64,000 nucleotides of DNA from Alphaproteobacteria bacterium (GTDB taxonomy: Bacteria; Pseudomonadota; Alphaproteobacteria; UBA828): positions 448,001 through 512,000 of the forward strand of contig CBDCCI010000001.1 in the NCBI GenBank assembly GCA_965214705.1, read 5' to 3'. The notes beneath the pieces are model-generated. The model was not told the DNA's origin. It ran no database searches and was given only the letters and a program-made list of their open reading frames with translations. This document shows, piece by piece, positions 37,924-47,332 of the stretch. Numbering within the stretch: the first letter of the stretch is position 1; every line of letters starts with the position of its first letter. The position numbers and the translations under genes are program-made.

Positions 37924-39758
37924 CGACCGATCCACCCTGCCCCTGTCAACGGGCCGTGGCACATTCGCGCGAAATACGCGAGGCTGACCGGACAAGACCA
38001 GCGTATGTCAATGTATTTCTCTCTGAGAGCTATGAATGAATTTCAGTGCGATAGTGGCGTATTTCAATGAGATTCTCTCGTTCCAACGCTCCTGTCATGA
38101 CACTTGTCATACCAGGGCGTACTGGAGCGTAGCTGTGACGGCGCATGTCATCGATTTGTCGGTCCTGCATCAACGATGCGTGGGGTGTGAGAGTAAAAAA
38201 CGCCTCAAGGCGTAGGACAGGGACTACAGGATGCGAGAAAATCCTTCAGGGCCAGCCCTTTAGATGGCACCATAAGGACACCGTAGCCATAATTCGGGAG
38301 CTATCGGGCTGCACCGCAAGAGAGGACATAGTTCCGATACAAGATCGCGGAATGTCACGTGTATACAGTGGCTTGCTCTCGCGCACTTCAATGAATGTCG
38401 CGCGAAATGAGGCGCAACCCAAACGTCATTCGTTCGAAACCGGCTGCAATTTCGCCAGAGGTGAGCTGAGCCGTATCTCGGAGCCGAAGAGGCCGGCGAC
38501 GATGGCGACACTGCAGGGAGAGATCGCCGTGTGTCGAGATTGTGTCCCGAGCGGAGTGGGCCGGATTGCGAGCACGAGGCGGTGCTCAGTGTCCGGGCAT
38601 CGGCGCAGTTGACCGATCGCATTCCGGGCCGGCACTGACGAGGGGCTGGAACACACTGAGGACACATGGAGGAACGGAGATGCCGGGACGATCGTCGGCG
38701 TTGCCGACGGCAAGCGCGGGGCACGCGATCATGGTCGGCGCAGTTGACGGATCGCTTCTGTCGATGGTCGTGCCGAGAGGAGCGACGGATGAAGGAATCG
38801 AAACCTCGGCATCGACGCTCGGGATGGTGGCCGGTCGTCGGCACGGGCGCGAGCTGCGCGCAGAGGCGGTCGCACTCGTGCTCGCGCCGGTGCGGCGCCT
38901 GGTGATGCTCATGCTGCAGGTGCGGGATTTCCGGACGACGCTCGTCGCCGGCACGGGTTGCGCGCGGGGTGCTCACGGGTGGAACCGCGGCTGCGCGGGG
39001 TAGAAGACGGCTCGCGTTCGCCGAGTGACGCCGAGGGTGCACGCGGGCCGTGCAGTCCGTAAGCCGAAGGTGAACTGCGGCACGATATCGGCGGCCGCAC
39101 TCGCTGGTGCACCATGACCATCTTCATCGCCATGGTCATCGTCATCGCTGCATGCGAGGGCGCGTGCAGCGATGGGGGTGCCGGCGTTGGGAACGACAAT
39201 GGAGGCGGGCGTGAGCCTGCGGCAACCGGGCGAGGGTCGCGGCCGAACGGCAAGCGGGAGGGGTTGCAGACGCTCGCGCTCGCGATCGGCGCAGCGAGCC
39301 GCTGGCCATGATCGTCACGAGTGCCGGGCTCGGTGACGTCGGGCCGTTCAGGCGCGACGGCATCGATGTCCGTCGAACCGCGGAGGCGCTCGTCGCCATC
39401 GGCGACGGCGCTGACGCCGAGGGTGCGCGCGTGACTTGCAGTTCGGCGGTCGAAGATGGTCTGCGGCACGATGCCGGCGGCCGCACTCGCTGGTGCACCA
39501 TGGCCATGTTCGTCGCCCTGATCGTCGTCACCGGCACGAGCGGGAGCACGCGCAGTCCATGCGCGGGCCGCTGCAGCGACCGCGGACGGCGCCTGCGCGA
39601 AGCGCGGCGACGCCGGCGTTCGAGCGCGCACTCGGGTCGGCGGTGCGCGGTCCGACGGGCGAGCGCACAGGCCGACGCTGATGACGCCCGTCGTGAAACA
39701 CGACGAAAGCGGCCGATCCCGCATTGGGGATCGGCCGCTTCGTTGAGGCGCGCGCTGA

Positions 39759-40682
39759 TTACGCGGCCTGTATCTGCATGACCGGTATGCCCAGCGTGCG
39801 AGCTTTGTCGACGAGGTTGCCGGTGATGCCGGAGCCTGGGAAGGCGATGACGCCCTTGGGCAGCAGGTTGAGCAGCTCGTCGTTGCGGCGGAAGGGCGCG
39901 GCCTTGCCGTGCGCGCTCCAGTCGGGGCGGCAGACGACCTGGTTGACGCCTCTGGCTTCTGCCCAGCTCGCGGCGATCTTCTCGACGCCGGGACCGCCAC
40001 CATGCAGCAGCACCATGTCGCCGTACTTCGCGCGCGCCATGTCGAGCGTGCTCCAGACCGCGTCGGCATTGCTGACGGTCTTGCCGCCGGTGACGGCGAC
40101 CAGGGTGCCCTCGGGCAGGTGGGCGCGGGTCTCGCGGTCCTTGCGCGCTCTGCGGAAGTCGCGGGCATCGATGGCGGCGGAGGTGAGCTGTCCGGTCTGG
40201 CTCGTGTGCGAGCCGTGCCTCGGGCGCCATGTGTCGCCGGTCTCGACGCGGTAGGCGTCGGCGGCGAGGTCGCGGAGCTTCTCGAAGGCGTCGCGCCGAT
40301 CACCGAGGTTCTGGGCGCGGTCGGTCATGGTCTGCAGCTCCCACGCCTTCACCTCGGAGCCGTCCTGCGCCTTCTCGAGGTCGCGCATCTCGGGCGCGAT
40401 GCGGTCGACGGCGCGGTCGAGGCGTGTGACCTGGCTGTGCAGCATGTTGGTCAGGCCCCACATGAGCGGCTCGCGCTCGTCGGCCATCTGCGTGCCGTCT
40501 ACGGTGATGCCGTCGACGATGACGCGGATGGCTTCGTTCAGCGCGTCGATGGCATCGTCCTCGTCCCAGACGACCCTGCTGTCGAGCTCTCCGCGCTCGG
40601 GCGCTGCGCCGTAGAGGGCCATGCCCTCGCAAACGGTGGCAGTGGAAGAAGCTGATGCGGTAGTGCTGGTCGTGTCGATCAT
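39759..40682 (-). CDS. DUF2493 / SLOG protein, copy B
   Basis: Close paralog of 15196..16125. Confidence 0.85.
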   Translation of the reverse strand: MIDTTSTTASASSTATVCEGMALYGAAPERGELDSRVVWDEDDAIDALNEAIRVIVDGITVDGTQMADEREPLMWGLTNMLHSQVTRLDRAVDRIAPEMRDLEKAQDGSEVKAWELQTMTDRAQNLGDRRDAFEKLRDLAADAYRVETGDTWRPRHGSHTSQTGQLTSAAIDARDFRRARKDRETRAHLPEGTLVAVTGGKTVSNADAVWSTLDMARAKYGDMVLLHGGGPGVEKIAASWAEARGVNQVVCRPDWSAHGKAAPFRRNDELLNLLPKGVIAFPGSGITGNLVDKARTLGIPVMQIQAA

Positions 40683-42929
40683 GACGATCTCCTGTTGGTT
40701 CAACCTCCGGGACCCTGTGCCCCGTGGTGATGTCCTTTGTGATTCACGCGCGCGCAGGGGCAGCACCTGGCCCTGGGAAGTCTTGGGCGGGAGTCGGTGC
40801 GGAAGTTCGGCGAGTTGGTGCGGAAGATGGCGCCGCCGTGCCGGTGGGAACGGTGTTCCGCAGCAAATCCATTCCAGTGGTCATTACGGCGCCGTGCCGG
40901 GCGGGCCCGCTTGGGCCTGCCCGGCGTCTAGGCGCCGCCTTGAATGGTTCCGCGAATGGATTTGAGGCGGTGCAGCGTGACGCGTCGGCCCCGCGCGAGG
41001 GGCCGGCGCGCTGCGAGACGCGGCAGTTGGCGATTACGCGCAAGCCATCTTCACGGTCGCCGAACTTCACGGCCCGCCTTAGACTTCCTTGGGTCAGGCC
41101 GCAGGGAGCGGAGCGACCGGAGGACCCGCAGGGTTGCTGTCGCGAGCACGTGTGAAATCCTCGGACATCACGACGGAGTGCGCTGTGAATACCAAGTAGG
41201 AGGAAAGCATGAAGTAAACCAAACACTTGGTAGTGCTGATGATCGACCGGTGGCTGAAACGCCACCCTGCCTGACGAGGGGTGTTGGGCGGAAGGGGATC
41301 GCTAAGCTCCGCCGGTTTCCGACGGTGGGGCGAAAGAGCTGCGATCTGAACTGTACCGGGTGCGGGCCGTCGCTCGCGGGCCGGGCTACCACAGGACCTA
41401 TGGCGAGGTTGAACGAAGCACGTGACGGAAGCCTCTTTATTTAGATGTCCAACCCTCAATGGCCCGACGGGGCGGAGGGAGCGCGGTGAGAGCCGGTTGG
41501 TCTTCCGTCTGCCGACTGGCGGGTGTGTTGAACGCACCCGGGTACGGGTCAACCCTTCTATCCCGAACCCCAGAGCTGCAAGGGGTATAGCGTGCCGCCT
41601 AAGGGTCTCAGGTTTGTCATCGGAACACAGGAACCCATGCTGTTCGCCCGGCACGGAACCGGGCTAGCCGCGGAGAACGGAGACGGGCCGCATGGGGGCG
41701 GAGCCCTCGTAGTAGTCGGAGTGCGGGAAAGCCGCATACATGGCGAAGGGGGGCAGAAGGTGGATCGGCTATCGACTGACGGAGGAACTATCCGTGGACT
41801 CGGATAATCAGGCCGACATGGCCTGGTGGCTCCTCAACGTGCAGCGGAAGTTGTATCGGTGGAGTAAGGAGACGCCTGAAGGCGCTTACGGCGATGTGTG
41901 GAACTGGGAGCCACTTGCAAAACTCCCACCGATCCGCGCAATCTTCGCTGTGCATGGCACTCGATTGCCCAGAACAAGGGCAGACGAACGCCGGGCGTCG
42001 ACGGGCTGACGGTGGCGAGCATTGCCGCTGGCGATGGAGGTGTACCGCTCTTTCTGGACGAGCTTCGGGAGGCGCTGCGCGATGGCAGCTACCGACCGTC
42101 GCCCGCCCGGCGGAAGTGGATTCCGAAGCCGGGCAAGCCGGGGAAGTTCCGACCCCTTGGTATCCCCACCGTTGCTGACCGCGTGGTGCAATGCGCGGTC
42201 AAGAACATCCTGGAGCCAATTTTCGAGGCGCGTTTCTGGCAGGTCTCCTACGGGTTCAGGCCCGGACGGGGCTGCCATGGCGCACTCGAACATATCCGGC
42301 TGACCACTCGGACTCACAAGTCGAGAACCGATGGGAAGCTTCGCGACCCTCCCTATCAATGGGTGATTGAAGGCGACATCGAGGGCTGCTTCGACAACAT
42401 CGGCCATCACTACCTGATGGAGCGCGTACGGAAATCCGTCGCGGACCGGAAGGTCAACAGGCTGATCGTGCGGTTCCTCAAAGCCGGGGTATTGGAGGAC
42501 GTCAACTACAATCCGACAACCACCGGCACGCCTCAAGGGGGTGTCCTGTCTCCCCTGCTGGCCAACATCGCGCTGAGCGCGATCGAGGAGCGGTACTGGT
42601 GGTGGGTGAGGCACCCGCATGATCCCAATATCCGGACTGACGGAAGGCGGATGGCCGCGACACGGCGATTTCGGGACAGGGAGGCCGGGCGAACGGTCTT
42701 GAACGAAGCCGCTACGCGGAGTTAGCGGCGTAGAGTTCATTCATTTCCGAGGCGTCGCGGGTGCCGTTTGTTCTGTGCGTTCGCTTCCCGGTTGCGTCAG
42801 TGGCGCTCCGCCCGTCGGGTGGCGGATCCCCAGCAGCCTCCCGATCACCAGTGGTTAGCATCGACCCCTGCGACGGACCGTCGCCGGATCGGTCCGGCGG
42901 CGCGCCGTCGCGATCCAGGGAGATCGATA

Positions 42930-43808
42930 ATGACCGGGACCGCGTGCGACACGAACACCGTCACCCCTCTTCGCCAGCGCATGGAGGAGCAGCTCCGCAT
43001 CGCCAATCTGGCCGCGAGCACGTCCAAGGCCTACATCTGCGAGATCAAGAACCTGGCCAGGTACTACGACGCCTCGCCGGACGAGCTCGACGCCGAGCAG
43101 GTGCGCCAGTGGTACCTGGGGCGGATCGACAAGGGGCTCAGTCCGGGCACGACCAACGTCTCCTTCGCCGCGCTGAACTTCCTCTACATCGACACACTCG
43201 GCTGGCCTGACCATGTCGCCGGCCTGCGCTCCCGCAAGAAGCCCGGCAAGCTGCCGCGCTACATGTCGGAGCAGGAGGTCGAGCACCTCATCCTTGCGAC
43301 ACCCGACCTCCGCCACCGTGCTGCCATTGTCACCGGCTATGGCGGCGGGCTCCGCATCTCCGAGACCTTGGCCATCAAGGTCGGCGACATCCTGTCGGAG
43401 AAGAAGCTGCTGCACATCCCCTCCGGCAAAGGCGGCACCGAGAGAATGGCACCGTTGCCGGACATCGTCATCCACTACTTGCGCGTCTACTACAGGAACA
43501 TCTGGCCGCGTCCGACGAGCTGGCTCTTCTACGGCGTCTCGCTCGACAGGCCCATCGCAACGGAGACCTTGCAGGCCGCCTTCAGGAGGGCGCGCGACAT
43601 TGCCGAGCTCGACCGCAGCTACACCTTCCATTGCCTGCGCCATTCGGCGGCGACCCATCTCCTCGAGCGCGGCGGCGATATCGAGGTGATCCGGGACATG
43701 CTCGGCCATCGAAGCGCGAACACGACCCGTCACTACGCCCGCGTCACCGGCAAGATGTTCGAGGGCCTCGACCACCCGATCTCAGGCTTCGCAGCGTTGC
43801 GCAACTGA
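42930..43808 (+). CDS. Tyrosine recombinase of element A (copies 47564..48442, 55715..56593, truncated 62345..63119)
   Basis: TPLRQRM, YGGGLRISE, GKGG, HCLRHS, LGH, TTRHY. Confidence 0.92.
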   Translation: MTGTACDTNTVTPLRQRMEEQLRIANLAASTSKAYICEIKNLARYYDASPDELDAEQVRQWYLGRIDKGLSPGTTNVSFAALNFLYIDTLGWPDHVAGLRSRKKPGKLPRYMSEQEVEHLILATPDLRHRAAIVTGYGGGLRISETLAIKVGDILSEKKLLHIPSGKGGTERMAPLPDIVIHYLRVYYRNIWPRPTSWLFYGVSLDRPIATETLQAAFRRARDIAELDRSYTFHCLRHSAATHLLERGGDIEVIRDMLGHRSANTTRHYARVTGKMFEGLDHPISGFAALRN

Positions 43809-43814
43809 CGGCGC

Positions 43815-45056
43815 GTGGAGGCCGAACGCGCGGGCGTGGCGGAGATCTTCCGCCGCGCCGGCGCCGCTTTCCGTGAGCGCCACAAAGGGCGCATCGACGC
43901 CGCCCGGCTCAAGGTCATGGGCGCCATCGAGGCGTGCCGCACCGCCGTGCTCGGCGGCCACATGTACGCCTGCGAGGGCTGCGGGCGCGAGCATCCGCTC
44001 TTCAACTCCTGCCGCAACCGCCACTGCCCCACCTGCCAGGGTCTCGCCGCCAACCTCTGGAGCGAGGAGCGCGCCGGGGACATCCTGCCGGTGCCCTACT
44101 TCCATGTGGTCTTCACCCTGCCCAAGGAGGTTGCCGCCATTGCCTTCTGCAACCGCAGGGTGGTGTTCGACATCCTCTTCCGGGCCGTCGCCGAGACCCT
44201 GCGCACCATCGCCGCCGATCCCCGCCACGGCGGCATGCGCATCGGCGGCACCGCGGTCCTCCATACCTGGGATCAGAAGCTCCGCTTCCACCCGCACCTG
44301 CACGTGGTCGTGCCCAACGCGGGCTTCGACGTAGACAGTGGCGAGTGGAAGACGGGGAGCACCACCTTCCTCGCCCCCGTCAAGGTCCTCGGCAGCCTGT
44401 TCCGCCGCCTCTTCCTCGAGGAGCTCGCCCGCGCCCACGGCCGGGGGGACCTGGAGTTCCACGGCACCCTCGCCCACCTCGCCAATCCCGGCGAGTTCCA
44501 CGCCACGCTTGCCGCCGCCCGGGCCAGGGACTGGGTGGTCTACGCCAAGCGGCCCTTCCGCGGGCCTGAGCAGGTCTTCCGGTACCTCTCGCACTACACG
44601 CACAGGATCGCCATCTCCGACAGCCGCATCGTCTCCTTCGACGGCGAGACGGTCTCCTTCCGCCACCGAAAGCCCAAGGCGCCGGGGCAGAGAAAGCCGC
44701 GCTACGGCATCGCCACCGTGAGCGCCGACGAGTTCATCCGCCGCTTCCTGAGGCACGTCCTGCCGGACGGCATGCACCGCATTCGCTACTTCGGCATCCT
44801 CGCCAACGGCTGCCGCGCCAGCACGCTGGAGAGAGCACGCCAGGCTCTCGGCGCCCTCGGCTGCGCCGCCCCCGAGGGAAGCGTGGACGGCGCTCGGGCC
44901 GAGCCCGACGAAGAGCCCGAGATCGGCACCGCGCCCGTGGCCTGCCCCCACTGCGGCGGCGTCATGCGCCTCGTCCGCGAAATCCGCCGCCGCCATGAGC
45001 CCCGCTCGACGCGCGGCCCGCCGGCGCTGCCGCCGACCCACAGGGGGAAACCGTGA
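43815..45056 (+). CDS. IS91-family HUH (Y2) transposase (copies 48449..49690, 56600..57841, 61097..62338)
   Basis: CRT..LGG, SCRNRHCPTC, HVVFTLP, HPHLH, YLSHY, RIRYFG. Confidence 0.93.
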   Translation: MEAERAGVAEIFRRAGAAFRERHKGRIDAARLKVMGAIEACRTAVLGGHMYACEGCGREHPLFNSCRNRHCPTCQGLAANLWSEERAGDILPVPYFHVVFTLPKEVAAIAFCNRRVVFDILFRAVAETLRTIAADPRHGGMRIGGTAVLHTWDQKLRFHPHLHVVVPNAGFDVDSGEWKTGSTTFLAPVKVLGSLFRRLFLEELARAHGRGDLEFHGTLAHLANPGEFHATLAAARARDWVVYAKRPFRGPEQVFRYLSHYTHRIAISDSRIVSFDGETVSFRHRKPKAPGQRKPRYGIATVSADEFIRRFLRHVLPDGMHRIRYFGILANGCRASTLERARQALGALGCAAPEGSVDGARAEPDEEPEIGTAPVACPHCGGVMRLVREIRRRHEPRSTRGPPALPPTHRGKP

Positions 45057-46215
45057 GACGCCCGCTCGCTTCGGCCCCGCGCAACGGCGCCAAAGCGCCG
45101 ACGCACGACCGAACCTGTCTCCGCTTGAGCCGGGCTGACAGCCCTCGGCTCACACCCCGCTCAGTCCTCGCAGCGTGCGCCCGCATGCCTGCCGAAAGAC
45201 CGGCGCGAGCGTCGATTTTATGCGCAACTCTGCTGCCGGTGGATGCCGCCTGACGCTGACATCAGCGCACTTTCCACATAGCTCAACTTCGCCTCTCGTG
45301 GCCCGCGGCTTCGTTCAAAAGGGTTGGGCAGGCTCTCTCTCGAGAGCCTGCCCAACCCTTAACCTTCTACCCGGTCCGATATGCCGACGACTTCCTGATC
45401 TTCGTGGCGGGCGGTTACGACGATGCGGCTGCTGAGAAGCAGGCGCTCGCGGACTGGCTGCGCGAGGAGATGGGGCTGACGCTATCGGAGGAGAAGACGC
45501 GGATCACCAGACTGACGGAAGGATTCCGGTTCCTCGGATGCCGGGTTCGTCTCAAAGGGGACGACCATGACGGCTACATGTGCCGGGTCGAAATCCCGAA
45601 GGAGGCGATCAGTGACTTCTGCCGGCGGATCAAGCAAGTGCTGAATCAGCGGACGCGGACGCGCTCGCTGAGAAGCGTGCTCCAGGAAATCAATCCAATC
45701 CTCCGGGGGTGGGGCCACTACTACCGCCACTGCATCGGGGCCAAGCGCATCCTGTCCAGTCTGGACTGGTATGTGTGGCGACGGCTCTGGCTGTGGATGC
45801 GGGGTAAGCACGACGGCGCCTCCCCGCGACGGGTGTACGCTTCTTGGTCGAGGCCGAGCCGGCAGTATCCCGGCGCTCGGGTCTGGGCCGATGGCGACAC
45901 TGAGCTGTACCAAATGGGCCGGATTCCGGTCATGCAGTTCAAGCTCAATTGGATGAAAACTCCTGCCTTCACGAAAGCCTTTGGCGAGCCGGGTGCATAA
46001 CGAAAGGTGCACGCCCGGTTCTGAGAGAGGGCGCGAGAAACCTGTGGTGCGTGAGGATCACCAGGCGCTCGCGTCCTACTCTACCGGACCCCTGTTTTTG
46101 TTTCCTGCAAGCTTTCACCGGCGCGGCGCCGGCGCAGCGATGAAAGGCGCGGTGCTGGCCGCGGGCTGGGCAACGGGATCGAGGGCGAGCCGCTCCCGGT
46201 GGCGCTCGTCACCGC

Positions 46216-46443
46216 TCACAGCATCGGGTGGGTGTCGAGGAGGTGTCGGGCGACCTCGCGGACGCGATGGCGCTCGTGCACCCTGACGGGACCGCGGGGG
46301 TCCTCGGACAGGTGCACCACGTAGAATACCTCGCCGCGGTTGAGGATGTCGTCATGGCGATAGAGGTAGCCAACGTGGTCGCCGTCCTGATAGACGCGGG
46401 CTTCGTTCTCACCCACCCGCCGGAACCTGATGTCGCTGCTCAT
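46216..46443 (-). CDS. Small hypothetical protein, homolog of 8020..8319
   Basis: GGAGAG RBS, MSSDIRFRR...FYVVHLSEDPRGPV. Confidence 0.7.
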   Translation of the reverse strand: MSSDIRFRRVGENEARVYQDGDHVGYLYRHDDILNRGEVFYVVHLSEDPRGPVRVHERHRVREVARHLLDTHPML

Positions 46444-46519
46444 TGTGCTCTCCCCGTAGCGTGATGCCGGCGCGGAGAGGACTCTCTCTCCTCTCCATGC
46501 GGCTCGCCCGCCGCGCGCC

Positions 46520-47330
46520 TTACCCTGCCTCCCGACCTGCAAGCGCGGCCGCCGTCCAGGCGGCGAGCGCGGCGGGACCGAAGGTGAGCAATTCCTCGTT
46601 GAAGTCGGCGCCGCGGGGCACGATGACGGTGGCGGCGACGCCCGCCCGCGCGCAGCGCCGGGCGAGGCGCTCGACCGCACGCTCTCCCTCGGGGTCGTTG
46701 TCGCGCGCGATCACCAGCCGCGTGACGCCGGCAGGCGGCGCGAACGCGCCGAGGCTGCCGGCGGAGAGCGCGGCGGCGGCGGTGATCTCGGGTGAGGCGG
46801 TCACCAGTGACAGCACCGTCTCGATGCCCTCGCCGACGAGGAGCGAAGCTCCGTCGGCGGGGTCGCCGAAGCGAACGGCATGTCCGAAGATCCGTCCGAG
46901 GGCCTTGCGCGGCGATGAGAGATTTGCCTTCGCCGGACGCTGAGGGTCCAACCATGTGCGATGGATGCCGGTGATGACGTCGCCATCGTGGGCGGTGACG
47001 GCGGCGACCAGCGCCGGCAGGCGGCGAACGCCGCCGCCGTCTTTGTAGAGCAATGCGGGATGGAAGCGGAGTGCCGGGAAGCGGCAGCGCGCGAGACCCC
47101 TGGCGTGCAGGTAGGCTTCCGCATGGGTACCGTCGATGGCGCGGCAGCGGCGCCAGAGGCGCCGTGCCGCCTCGGTGGCGTCGTAGGCGTCGCCCGAGCC
47201 CGGAGCCGGCGCAGCCGGCCGGGCGAGGAAGGCGTGCGCTTCTTCGAGCGCCGCGCGAAGCGTCGGCGCGTTGATGCGGTGGCGGATGATGTCGAGCAGA
47301 TCGCCATGCTCGCCCGTGGCCGCATCCGTC
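46520..47330 (-). pseudogene. Toprim primase-like gene, N-terminus removed at element A copy 2
   Basis: TDAATGEHGDLLD...VGEGIETVLS...RDNDPEG; the missing N-terminus is not on the far side of the insertion. Confidence 0.85.
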
Positions 47331-47332
47331 TT

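Larger units (their letters stand above)
42699..45364 (+). mobile_element. Element A copy 1: tyrosine recombinase + IS91-like transposase, 2666 bp
   Basis: Starts TTGAACGAAGCCGC, ends hairpin-AACC; removal restores RT sequence GGTC|TTCTAC with no TSD (junction ambiguous by ~1 nt). Confidence 0.92.
41794..46000 (+). pseudogene. ltrA: Intron RT/maturase in three pieces (~41794-41907, ~41928-42698, 45365-46000)
   Basis: Colinear with the intron 1 RT; broken by a 20-bp IS-end scar and by element A just before FYPVRYADD. Confidence 0.9.
41178..46084 (+). mobile_element. Group II intron 2, with RT disrupted twice
   Basis: 5' GTGCG; domain V GAGCCGGGTGCATAACGAAAGGTGCACGCCCGGTTC; 3' CTACTCTAC; EBS1 TCCGTC (41504-41509) complements exon end GACGGA. 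Confidence 0.92.

Noticed and set aside
42930-43808. Integron integrase with cassette array
   Set aside because: No IntI-specific insertion is evident and there are no attC-flanked cassettes; the gene always travels with the HUH transposase.
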